Assembly (NCBI GenBank): GCA_020137815.1
Contig: CM035353.1
Coordinates: 6,448,001-6,512,000 of the forward strand
From: Hormiphora californensis
Lineage: Eukaryota > Animalia > Ctenophora
Reading direction: 5' to 3'
Length of the DNA stretch: 64,000 nt
Made by a program: the position numbers and the translations under genes
Shown: in pieces, positions 41,416-53,605 of the stretch
Layout: every line of letters starts with the position of its first letter
How positions within the stretch are numbered: position 1 is the stretch's first letter
The notes under the pieces: generated by a model
Databases searched by the model: none
What the model saw: only the letters and a program-made list of their open reading frames with translations
Told to the model about the DNA's origin: nothing

Positions 41416-42665
41416 GGGGGGGGGGGGGGGGGTTCAACCTAAAAATTTCCATTTCCATTTGCCAAAATCCGGGTATCGATGGAAATTTTTAGAAATTTTT
41501 AGAAATTTTTAGAATTTTTTAGAAATTTTTAGAAGTTTTTAGTACTAAAAATTTCCAAAAATTTCTAAAAATTTCCATTAATTTCCAAAAATTTCCAAAA
41601 ATTTCCATTGACCAAGAAAAGAAAAATTAACAAAAACATGAAAATATACAAAAACAGTTGTCGCAGAACTGGTTCCTTTTCCTTACCTCTTGTGAGCACT
41701 AAGCATCAATAAATCATTTAATAATAGGTCAAAAACATCGAGATCATATATTTTTTTGACAATCCGTACAATTTCTTCAGAAATCATAGATTCATTGGCC
41801 AACTTATGGAAAAGTAAGTTACCAAATAGCACAAGATACAGGGTGTTCATTTTGGATCTTTACAAGCGTTGGGCTTCACCCAGAAGAAAGTTGACAAAAT
41901 TAGGTCATGAAACTTCATACTTGGACTATTCCATACCCTCATTCAAGGTTCCTGGTGGTTTTGGCACCCCGAGAAGTGTGTTTTTGGCATCGAAACTTCC
42001 AGAAGGAATTTTTTGCTGGTGCTGAGAATTTGCTAAAATGTTTTTTGGGTATTTTCTATGTCAATCCTAAAGTTTCATGGAGATTGGATGTGGGGGTGCT
42101 AGAGCTCCGAAACCGCCATGAACCTTGAATGAGGGTATAGAATAGTCCAAGTATGAAGTTTCATGACCTAATCTTGTCAACTTTCTTTTGGGTGAAGCCC
42201 AACGCTTGTAAAGATCCAAAATGAACACCCTGTACCTTACATTCCTTCGGGCGGAATGCCTAATACCGTAGTAGATCGGGTTTCTTAGCATACAATATAG
42301 AAACTTAAAACTTAAAACTCTTTTTTAAGCTAGATCACTGTAGATCATGGATGTAGCGTGTATAACTAACTTACTGTCGAAAACATGCAAAGATTACCTG
42401 TCATTAGCTTGGAATTTGGTTACCGACAAACTTCTAAAAACTTCTAAAAACTTCTAAAAATTTCTAAAAATTTCTAAAAACTTCTAAAAATTTCCATTTA
42501 CTAAAAACTTCCAAAAATTTCCATTGTCCATAAATTTCTAAAAATTTCTAAAAATTTCCAAAAAATTCTAAAAATTTCCAAAAATTTCTAAAAATTTCCA
42601 ATATAAAATTTCCATTTGCCAAAAAAGTGGGTATCAATGGAAATTTTTAGGGTTGAACCCCCCCC
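41416..42665. mobile_element. TIR element with oligo-G/oligo-C termini and 10-bp subterminal repeats
   Basis: G(n)TTCAACCTAAAAATTTCCATT ... AATGGAAATTTTTAGGGTTGAAC(n). CTATCTT lies on both flanks. Arrays of AAATTTCTAA. Confidence 0.75.
41839..42232. mobile_element. Tc1/mariner-type foldback MITE, TA TSD, nested
   Basis: TA-CAGGGTGTTCATTTTGGATC ... GATCCAAAATGAACACCCTG-TA. Confidence 0.85.
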
Positions 42666-43584
42666 CTATCTTTTTTTATAAATTTAATCTCCCTGGTATT
42701 TCTTGCCTTGTCCGACTCTCGACAAAACAAGGTATTTTCTGGCCCACTTCTTTTGATGACACTTTGAACATCGAACTCACCCTATCCTGAGTAATAATTA
42801 TTTCCACAAAACCACCTTGGTTTGCCCATCAGTTCCGGAACTCTATTCCGTATGGCAGAGTGCTAGCCTTCCTGGTTTCCTGGTTTCCCTCAAATTGGAA
42901 CAAATTAGAAATTAGAATCTAGAAATGGTTAATAGCAGATAAATATGAATCTCCCTGAGGCAAAATTCAGGGAGCTGCAGCGTGTTTAGTGTCTACCCTA
43001 TGTCGGAGACACGCTGCTGTCGGAGACTTAATACAGACGGTGAACGTAGGGGATGATGCGAAGTTAACAGAACTTAAGGAGGCAACAGCAACCCACTTTA
43101 ATGTTGCGGTAGAGGAGATCACTCTCGCTAAATCCTTAACCGGTAACTTTTGGGGGTCTTAAAGCTCTTTTATTACTGTTTCATTGCTTTTGTACAACGC
43201 GAGAAAATGAGGGAAAACTTTTTCGCTTATTTTTCCACCTTCCATTTATCTACCACGTGTCTTCGCAAATTAACTAAATAAAGGAATTAAGCGAGGAAGA
43301 TATGAAAAAGAAGAAGTTATACTGCTATATGTATATATTCGAGGAATGTAAGGGAGAGAAATGATAATACATGCCAGCGAGTATATTGGACGGTGTCATC
43401 CGGGGAAAAAGAGGAGCTTATCAGCTGGATACGAGACCAGATAAGTATGTAATTCGACACAAGAAAGAAGAGAAGAATGGCGATTACAGTTATAGTGAGC
43501 CAGATCTATTAAGCGATGGCCACCATCATATAACAAGGCCCTAAAGTACCCAGGAGAATGTGAAACACCAGGGGGGGGGGGGTA

Positions 43585-44289
43585 TTGGTCGGCACGGGAA
43601 TGTCTGCGAGAGTACCTGGAAGTCGAAGGCGAGTCCTTTGGAAACCTCCCGCGGCAGATGATCCTGGAAGCTCCAGAGACGGGGAAGACAAACGCCGACG
43701 GGTAGCCTCAGCCCCCATCTTGATATCTATCGAGGAGAGACAGAGAGATCGACAGGAAGAAGGCGGAGCTCGAACGGCAGGAGAGAGGGCGACAGAGAAC
43801 AGAAGAAGCCCATCTGTCCAGGAGGAAGGAGAGAGCGCCACGGAACACAGTGGCATCGTTACCCACGGTGCGGAAGGAGAAGGTTCCGGAGAGAGGGTAT
43901 TGGACAGACAAAGAGATAGAGGAAGAGTATGCAGAGGCGGTGCAGAAAGAAGAAAAGCGGAGATTGGTAAGAGGAGAGAGGAGAAGAGGAAGAGGATGTT
44001 GAAGATATCAGATGAGCATACGATAACAAATGCCGAGAGGCTCGCGAAGATCCTGGAAAGCCACCGGAGAGAGCTGGAACAGCGGGAATGTCCACGAGAA
44101 TACCTGGAAGTAGAAGGCCAGTCCTTTGGGAACCTCCTGCGGTACATTTTAACCAGATATGACTGGGTAAAGTGGGATAACAAAGGGTATTTCCCTGCGT
44201 TTACTCCAGAACACCTGGGGAGAAGAGAGCACGATTTGAACAGCATATGGTCGCGGGAACCTCTGTACAAGAGACCCTATACGAGCTAA
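43585..44289 (+). other. Open frame for a charged/coiled-coil polypeptide of unknown origin, probably a TE-derived remnant
   Basis: 234 codons without a stop. The motif C.REYLEVEG.SFGNL occurs twice (~43601, out of frame, and ~44089). No good start codon. Confidence 0.3.
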
Positions 44290-44403
44290 TGGAACACGTA
44301 AAGACTAATACATTTATATTTCAGTTGCATTTATCATGACAAGAGAAAGATAAATATACTCATTAAGGACTACCCAAGAATTCCACGATATCATGTAAGG
44401 GTA

Positions 44404-44556
44404 AAGTCCATTTTTTTCTCAACTGTTCACCCCCCAAAGTCGTGCACGGAATTGTTTTGTGCGTTTATCACATGTTAACGTGTAGCGCGCACAGTGTAAA
44501 TTAAAATATTGCACGCGCACGAGTTGAGGGGTGAACAGTTGAATAAAAATGGACTT
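44404..44556. mobile_element. Small palindromic MITE, AAGTC...GACTT ends, TA TSD
   Basis: TA-AAGTCCATTTTT..TCAACTGTTCACCCC ... GGGGTGAACAGTTGA.TAAAAATGGACTT-TA. Confidence 0.75.
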
Positions 44557-44799
44557 TATGCACTTTCTGTTATTTAATCTTTATTTACGACCATGACCTT
44601 CATCGTAATTGCATGTGTAGTTTTTTAAAAGGGTACCCGGAAAAACATTGGGGTTCGGAGACACATCGACACAAAAGACAGGCTTCCTTTTTGGAAGATT
44701 ATAATGGATCACGTGATGAAGGGCATACCTGCTACCAGTACAAAATTTAAATTGATTGGCAAGTCAGACAGGATTAAATGTATTTAACCGGGTATAATA

Positions 44800-45920
44800 T
44801 AAAGCAATAATAAGGCAATATTTGAGGAATTAGGGGAGTTCGGGGGACCTGAAGGTGTTTTCAATTGTCACAGTGATAATGGGGGGCAATGTGAAAAATC
44901 CCTGCGTTTACTGCACAAAGAAAAAGGAGGGTGGAATTTTTGTTGAGCCACAACAGCTGAGAACGTGTCGGAGTATCAAAGACAGTCAGGAGCGGTGGAA
45001 GGAAGCTGGCGAGAAATGGGATAAGACAAAAAACTTTGAGTCATGCATCCCATTAGTGGGAAGCGCCAACCCCGACACACCTATTATGGAAAGGGGTCAC
45101 AGAAAGTCAATGATAGCAGACCATCCATGCTGGATAGCTTGATGGGAACCTTGTTATTCAGATATTAAAACCTATGAAGGAAGAATGGGTTCATCTGGTA
45201 GGGCAGAGGAAGAATATGTAAGGGCTGCTCACGATGGATTTGCACTGACCACTTCACTAAATGCCAAGGTGACTAAATGCCAAGGCGACTAATCGATCAG
45301 AGGAGAGACGAGAAGGCCACGGAGGAGCACCTGAATAAGATGATAAGAGAGAAGGGCGAGAGGTACAATACCTCCTCTGAAACCCATCTGATCTTCCAGA
45401 GAGAACAAGAGAAGGCAGGGGGATCGGGACTGCCCTATACCAGTCTACAATATCTTCTATCCAGGCCACGAAACCGACGTCTATCATTTCGAATAGGGTT
45501 CGGTTTCCTAGACCCCGAATTGGTCTGTTCCAGCACCTGTTTCTACTTATCCCCGGCCCAGTATAACCATTGGGATCAGATGATTGGTGTGGACAACCGG
45601 GCGGACAAGTGGTTTTTATCTAAAACACACACACACATAAACCCATACCTCTAGAGGACAGAGGAAGATCACGCCTATATCGCAAAGAAATCAGAGTACA
45701 ATCGATACCTTACCACGTCAGCTGGTTGAGGTATCATAAACTCCTGTCCCCCATGACCAAATGCAAACTGGCAAACTACTATTTTTTACAATTCCCTACA
45801 CCCCAACAGACATCTGTACAATACCCATGTGGCTTTTTGACAGAATTGCTATAATCATGCGTGTCATCAGCAGCAAAAGAAATGTCAGAACAACTGAATT
45901 TGGTGCATACTGTACGGTGT
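44800..45920 (+). pseudogene. Transib/Chapaev-type transposase remnants
   Basis: DLKVFSIVTVIMGGNVKNPCVYCTKKK...LRTCRSI (second Asp + PCxYC) and IAIIMRVISSKRNVRTTEFGAYCT at ~45845-45916. Confidence 0.5.
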
Positions 45921-46623
45921 CCATATAACACGTTCAAAACTCAAGATGAAAGATGGATCATGGACCTACGAACAGATGCTGCAAAAAAAGTTTGATAATG
46001 AAATACTGGCATGTCAACGTATTAATATTAAAATTTAAGAAAACATAGTATATAGTTGTAATTATTAAATTATAGAGAATAAGGATCGGTTGATTGTTTA
46101 TTAGCCGCATATCATATGAGAGAACGCAGCGACGGTTACCAAGGTCAAAAACAAGGGATGGTAACTTGGCATATAGATCACGAGTAAGTAAGGTATAGAA
46201 CGGAGTCCTAGGCCCTATAGAGAGAAATATATTCTCTTAATATTTTATATGCACCAGGTACCACCAGGTATACCAGCACATATTACTCTTTCTGGTGGCA
46301 TGCAGGTCGCGTCGGAGGACGAGTAGGACCTGCTAAAGATGGACACCGTTAAAAACACCCCAGCACTTAAGAAAAGTACTCCACAACAAGTTACTGGAGG
46401 AACGCTGGAGGATAAGGAACTGCGACCAGAGGTCAACAGCACGAACGGTAATTACTGGGCTACATATAGCATGGCAAACTTTTCAGGTCGTTTTCAAGCT
46501 TGGTCTTCCAGAGTGAGCTACAAATCTGGGCAGGCAAAGTACACGACTATTTTGTGGATATGAATTATACATAGGGATGAAGAAAACCATTACCAACAAA
46601 TCCCAATGGAGACTGTTCATCAT

Positions 46624-47976
46624 TAGGCCAGTCATATGACGTCGATATATCGCTGAAAAAGGAAGTAATTGATCTAAAAGCGATTCCACTTCCAGGGCCC
46701 TCCAATGGGTCTCTACAACCACCAAAAAAATTTACCGCGGGTACCGCGATGTAGAAATCGGTCATTTCCGGGTTTATTTTGCACCTGCATAAATATAGGC
46801 TAGGACGAATGCGATATACGGTAAAAACCGTCTTTGGAAACAAGTAGAAAAGAAATCAAGGGCACCAAAGTGTGTAGCGTCCTCGCATTAGTGGGGGTAG
46901 GTGCTGGAATTAAGTCTCTATCTTATCAGGTTAATTAGATAATTGGATAATTAGATGCGCACATAGCCGTTTTATGGTTATACGGTAAAAACCATCTTTG
47001 GAATGGAGTAGAGAAAAAACCGAGGGTACTAGAGTGATCAGCGTCCTCGAATTAGTGGGGGTAGGTACCAAAATTAAGTTCCTATCTCATCGCGTTAATT
47101 AGATAATTGGATAATTAGGTATGCGCATAACCGTTTTTAGGTTACATGGCTATAGCCACTTAGGAATGGTTTAGAGACTTTTCATTGGTGCCATTTTGTA
47201 GGCAATAGCCAAGTTATTGGGGGTCGACGTCGGACTTTTAAGCTCTATATTCAACCGTTTAGCCGTTATTTGGCTTTAAAGGTGCTCAAAGTGAGCAAAA
47301 AAGCGGTAAAAATACCGATTTTGAGCACCTTTAAAGCCATATAACGGCTAAATGGTTGAATATAGAGCTTAAAAGTCCGACGTCGACCCCCCATAACTTG
47401 GCTATTGCCTACAAAATGGCACCAATGAAAAGTCTCTAAACCATTCCTAAGTGGCTATAGCCATGTAACCTAAAAACGGTTATGCGCATACCTAATTATC
47501 CAATTATCTAATTAACGCGATGAGATAGGAACTTAATTTTGGTACCTACCCCCACTAATTCGAGGACGCTGATCACTCTAGTACCCTCGGTTTTTTCTCT
47601 ACTCCATTCCAAAGATGGTTTTTACCGTATAACCATAAAACGGCTATGTGCACATCTAATTATCCAATTATCTAATTAACCTGATAAGATAGAGACTTAA
47701 TTCCAGCACCTACCCCCACTAATGCGAGGACGCTACACACTTTAGTGCCCTTGATTTCTTTTCTACTAGTTTCCAAAGACGGTTTTTACCGTATATCGCA
47801 TTCGTCCTAGGCTATATTTATGCAGGTGCAAAATAAACCCGGAAATGACCGATTTCTCCATCGCGGTACCCGCGGTAAATTTTTTTGGTGGTTGTAGAGA
47901 CCCATTGGAGTGCCCTGGAAGTGGAATCGCTTTTAGATCAATTAGTTCCATTTCACAACGTCATATGACTGGCCTA
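46624..47976. mobile_element. 1.35-kb near-perfect foldback element with TAG...CTA ends and CAT (3-bp) or TA TSD
   Basis: Arms of ~660 bp (46624-47290 / 47319-47976) with a ~28-bp loop. CAT-TAGGCCAGTCATATGACGT ... ACGTCATATGACTGGCCTA-CAT. Confidence 0.88.
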
Positions 47977-49409
47977 CATGTTAGAATGGTTTTGAATGTG
48001 TACTACACTTTTAATTGGTGCTAGACAGAGCAACATACCACATGATGGAGCTATCATCTGAGCCCTAATAGACCAGAGTAGCAACTATAAAATAACACAC
48101 CATGATGTAAAATGTAGAGAGAGGTGGGAGAAATAATAAATACAGTACATTTAACCCATGATAGCAGTTTCAGAAGATGACATTAATATGTCACAAACAA
48201 GAATTTGTGTCAAGATGTTCATGGTAATGATGAACGTCAGAGGTTCTAGAGGTGGATTTATTGATAATAGAATTGATGTACATTAGAGAATTATATGTAA
48301 ATTAGAAAACTAAAGTAGATTGGAAAACTGTTGGTTCCATGAGTTACTGATTAGTTCTCAAAGGAAGAGTACCAAGCTAGAGAGAGAGCATGATACTATC
48401 ATCATTAGTTGTTGCTTTGAGCATCAACTAATCCATTATATCGAAGTTGGAAGAGACGGGAATAAGAAATACGGGAGCGCTCTCCCCCAAGAAGAGAGGG
48501 GAGCAACAGTTACTTTTTTAATTGAACAACAAACTTAATATAAAGTCGGCAGAGAATTATGCAACATATGGCATAATATTAATTACTAATTGTTAATATT
48601 AATACAGTAACACAACCATTCAAACATCTTTTAGGTTGCAATCATGATTTTATCGATCAGCTGTCAGCTTTAGGACTAACCGTGAGCAGATCATCACTGT
48701 ACTATCTGAGAAAGTACGCCGCTGAAAACCGGGAAAACCTCCTAATAATAATAACTTCCAGACCAAGGATCAGATAAAATCGAAGGCCTGAATATAAATT
48801 TATAAATACGTGTGTGTGGTAACAAATTAAATATAAAATCTGCAGAGAATTAGGGAACATATGGCATCATATTAATTAGAAGACAAAGAACAAAGCACAG
48901 TGCGGTAACGCGACAGTCAACCGAATGAAATGAGAGATAAGCCGAGAACGCGGGAGAATATGCGAGATGAAAGAGCACATGTATGTGATGCGTGTTGCGC
49001 GCACTCTTCATACAGAGAACTGGTCCGCGCGTTACTGTTTGTCACGATTTACAACTGTGACCATTGAACTGTGACATAGGAAGTCGTCTACTGTGAACTA
49101 CTCACGACAATCCTCAATATCACTGCGCTGGCAAGCGCAAAGGTGGCCCCATCCAACCCCCCCAAAAAAATAGCCCCAAAAACGGCCCGCTTGCTCACAG
49201 CGTATATATAGTTATTTCATACTTTTAGCCCATTTTGACACGCCATAACTCCGCAACCGGATGAGCTAGGAAGCTGAAATTTTGTACTCAGAAGCTTCTT
49301 GTTGACATCTATCGATAGTAAAAATTTGAAGTGGCTAGCTCATTTTGTTCAAAAGTTATAACACCACCCCCAAAACAGAAAATTCAGTGTGGGGATAACT
49401 AGGTTGATA

Positions 49410-52285
49410 TCCTTATTATAATTTGCAAATGCGTGGCGTGATGGTGAGGAGGAGGATGTAGTATCCCACGTGCAAATGGTGGGGGGTTGCCAAGGAGGTG
49501 CCATAGCCCAGCTACGCAGCGGGTGATTGAAGGCTGCACGTGCGGGTTGGTGCAGTGGGTGAGAGGGGTGCTCCTGGGTGAGGGAGAGTGTGGGAATTTT
49601 GGTCAACGGGTGCTCTACTTCAACGGGTTTTCTAGTCTTAATTAAAAGATGCAAATGAGTGGCGTGATGGTGATGATGTCCTATCCACACGTGCAAATGG
49701 TGGGGGGTTGCCAAGGAGGTGCCATAGCCCAGCTACGCAGCGGGTGATTGAAGGTTGCACGTGCGGGTTGGTGCAGCGAGTGAGAGGGGTGCTCCTGGGT
49801 TAGAGGTGGGTATTTCGGGTCAACGGGTGCTATACTTCAACGGGCATTCTAGTCCTTATTATAATAAGCAAATGAGTGGCGTGGTGGTGAGTAGTATGAT
49901 GACCTATCCACACGTGCAAATGGTGGGGGGTTGCCCTGGGAGGTGGCTTGGGAGGGGTATGGTAGGTTGTGGGGGGATACTGCACGTGCATGTTATTGGT
50001 TGTTTGTTGTGTGTTCCTGTTGTGTTTCGTGGTGTTTTGGGATCTACTGCTGGGGTCGCCATGATTACCAAAGCCATTCTACCTACGTACCCCGTCGATT
50101 CTCTACACAGCTACAATTCTACGGATCTTTACCACCTGATTCTACATGTTATTCAGCGGAATTTCCCTTGATGTTTATCACCAGCGCTCTACCACTACCA
50201 ACCTCCGTATTCTTTACCCCGACATGGAGAGACAAAGAGTGAGAGGGGGGCATAGAGACGGGGGGGGGGGGGGGGGGTGTGTTATAGGACTTAACAATGG
50301 GCTTTCTAGTCCTTATTATAATAAGCAAATGCGTGGCGTGATGGTGAGGAGGAGGATGTAGTATCCACACGTGCAAATAGAGGGGGTTGCCAAGGAGGTG
50401 GCTTGGGAGGGGTATTGGAGGGGGATACTGCACGTGCATGTTGTTGGTTGTTTGTTGCGTGTTCCTGTGTTGTTCCTGTGGTGTTTTGTGATCTACTGCT
50501 GGGGCCCCCATGATTGCCAAAGCCTTTCTACCTACGTACCCCGTTGATTCTCTACACAGCTACAATTCTACGGATCTTTATCACCTGATTCAACATGTTA
50601 TTCAGCGGGATTTCCTTTGATGTTTATCACCAGCGCTCTACCACTATACCAACCTCCGTATTCTTTACCCCGACATGGAGAGACGAAGAGTGAGAGTGGG
50701 GGCATATAGACGGGTGGGGGGGGGGGCTGTTGTAGGACTTAACAATGGGCTTTCTAGTCTATATTATAAAGCAGAGATGCTTGCAAGACAATTGGTTTTT
50801 TGGGGGTTTTTAGGGGTCGCACGTGGAAAATTGACGTGTTGTTAGGGGTGTTTGGTGGGGCTTGGAGAGTGCACGTGCGTGTGTAAAGGTTTTCTAATCT
50901 TGGGGGATAATAGCGCTTTTGAAATACAGTCGGACCCCGATTTAACGGCCCCCGATTTAGCGGCACCCCGATTTAACGGCAGGATAAATTTCCCCCAAAA
51001 CTTTTTGAAATTTTTTTTTGAAATTTTTTTGAAAATTTTTTGAAAATTTTTCAAAGGTGTATCAACCACGTCAGAATCGTGTTTCGAATCGGTGCATCTT
51101 ATTGCATGTCTTGCCGGTAATTAGACGGTTCGAATAACGAACAGATATGTGATCCGCATGAGGCCCATCGAATCAAAATTTTGACACGTCTTGTTAAACT
51201 GGGTCCATGGGGATCACCGTATCGGTTCGTTTCGAACCGTCTAATTAGCAGCAAGACATGCGATAAGATGCACTGATTCGATAAACGATTCGGACGTGGT
51301 TGATATAGTACCTTAGAAATGTTTATAACTTTTTTTGAAAATTTTGAAAAATATTTTCTTTTTCTATAACAGAAATGATCATGTAATCAATACATGGACA
51401 TTGTAGAGGTGTTTTCGTATAGCATTTTTGACAAAAATAGGGTTTTATAGGCCAAATATGCTCTACCCCGATTTAACGGACACCCCGATTTAACGGACAA
51501 AACCCTTTCCCCCGAGGGTGCCGTTAAATCGGGGTCCGACTGTAGCTTGAGATTATCTTTCTAATGAGCCTTGGAATTTTGAAATTGGTTGAGAAATGAC
51601 TGAGTAATGGGGGAAATGGTGAAAAATGAGGGAAAATGTGGGGTTCTGAACTGCTTCAGATCACAGATTGAGAGAGGGTGAGGGGAGTGTTCATTATGGC
51701 GTTATAGGGGAGTGAAAAGAGGGTGAGATGGAGTGAATAGGGGACGATATGATTCAATAGGGGCCCGAGGGGAGTAAGAGGGCGGAGGGGGATAAGAGGG
51801 GTGAGGACTGAGGGGAGTCAACAGGGGGAAGGGGGCGTGGTGTATGATCTCGCGACCGGAGGTGCCGCGAAGCGGCGCCGTAGGGAGCAATGTAGGCATG
51901 AGCCAGGGATCGGGATTGAAAGGAGTCAATAGGGTGTGAGAGTTTTTTGTTCTTTTGCCTGGGCTCTCTAGTCTCTATTATAATTTGGAGATGAACGTCG
52001 AAGTGATGGTCGTTCGTTCAGTGCGTTTCTACGCGACAGACTGCTCCTTCATAAAACACTTTATAGGCCCAAAGCTGTAAAGCTGTTCCTCACACTTTTG
52101 GAACTTCCAGTGAAAGTTTATCAATATTTTCGAATGACTTTTAACATGTCAGTCACCATAGTTACCAATTCAGTTGCCATGGCAACCGTTGTGTTGAAGT
52201 TGAAAGGGACGAAAAGAACCGCCCGGCGAAGCCGGGTGGGTTATCAAAAGGCCCTCACTTGAGGCGCACCCAATGGGTGCGCTAG
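49410..52285 (+). mobile_element. Head-to-tail array of 6 non-autonomous Helitron units of four types
   Basis: Units 49410-49635, 49636-49852, 49853-50309, 50310-50757, 50758-51971 and 51972-52285. All start TC plus an AT-rich motif and end GGG(N)3-4CTAG. The array is flanked by A|...|T. Hairpins with GCGAAGC loops lie near the ends of the last two units. Confidence 0.78.
50927..51542. mobile_element. pogo/Tigger-like MITE, TA TSD, inserted in Helitron unit 5
   Basis: TA-CAGTCGGACCCCGATTTAACGGC ... GCCGTTAAATCGGGGTCCGACTG-TA. Confidence 0.85.
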
Positions 52286-53214
52286 TATACATATATATAT
52301 ACATAGATAGACGTATAGACGCTTTGTTACCTTCCGTTTGGTCCCAGTTTGAGACAAACCAGACATCGTACGACCTTAAACCAAGCGGCATTCGACAGAT
52401 AATTGTCTCGTGCATGTACCCATCTGGGTGGCGACTCTCAATCTTACCTATGACGCGCGCAATGACGTCACGAGTGACGTCATTGCGCGAGATCGACTAA
52501 CTTTTTTCAAACGCCTCTAGCACCCTGAAGACGTGTTCCGATTTCTGATTTGACGAAAAATCGTTACCGGCAAATTGTCTGAACTTTCAGTTACTATATT
52601 GCGAATTTTCGTAGCTCATCATTTTGAGCCCTTAAATCGCGTCGGAAGTCAAAAATTTGACGAAAAATTCAGTAAAATGAACGTTTTTCGAGCAAAAACT
52701 CCCTTTCCTGACCACTGTGGTCAATGATACTTTACAAGCTCCTTCAAGGTATTCATTCAAAATATATTGTGATGCAATTACGTCGTTACGACGTCACTAA
52801 TTACGTCAGATGACGTCATAATGACGTCAAAATTACGATTTTCACAGAAATTCGTCTCGTTTCTCATATAACACATCATTTTGACAATTTTACATCATGA
52901 AATAATGTCATACTGACATTAGAAACCAAAAAGGGACCTAAATTAAGCCAAAAACTAATTGGAATTAGTTGGCGGGAAAGGTGGCCCACTTACACCTTTG
53001 CCTGATGCCGGGTTTTATTTTAAAATGTATCAGGGATATATAAGAGGTGAGTGAAATAGAGAAAGAGAAAGGGTGAGAGAGAGAGATTGAGATACCGACG
53101 TGACGTGAAGAGAATGACAGTTCGTGGTACCCGGTAGCAGCAAAAGGTGTAAGTGGGCCACCTTTCCCGCCAACTAATTCCAATTAGTTTTTGGCTTATG
53201 GGTAACCCATTATA

Positions 53215-53597
53215 TAGCAAGCTGACGAGATCAAGGATGATATTAATTGGGCCGCTTTGATGGCAGATGAGTCAAATAATCCAGCGTCAATAAGTTAGCT
53301 GAGCGTTTGTATTCGCTTTGTTAATCGGGACGGGTGCATCTGGGAAATGTACCGACTGAGAAAGCTGCAGCTGCAGATTTAACTAAAGCAATTTTGGAGG
53401 TAGTGGCCGACAAGGAGAAGTTGGTAGGGGTATCTTTTGACGGGGCACCATGCATGAGAGGCAAGAAGAGTGGTGTACAGAAACATATCAGGGACGTGAT
53501 ACCAACAGCATCGCTTTGTCATTGTATCAATCACCGACTCAATCTTGTAATTAAAGACTCGTTATCCAATTTGTTTGACAGTGGTCATCCAACATAA
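53215..53597 (+). pseudogene. hAT transposase (ZMYM1/DUF4371-type) catalytic-core remnant
   Basis: ALMADES...LSVCIRFV and VSFDGAPCMRGKKSGVQKHIRDVIPTASLCHCINHRLNLVIKD (D-GA..M.G...GV, CxxH). Confidence 0.8.
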
Positions 53598-53605
53598 TTG
53601 CCATA

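Larger units (their letters stand above)
49118..53198 (-). mobile_element. HINE/DINE-like element copy 3, carrying a 6-unit Helitron array
   Basis: Reverse complement of 1939-3160 on both sides of an insert at 49410-52285. Confidence 0.75.
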
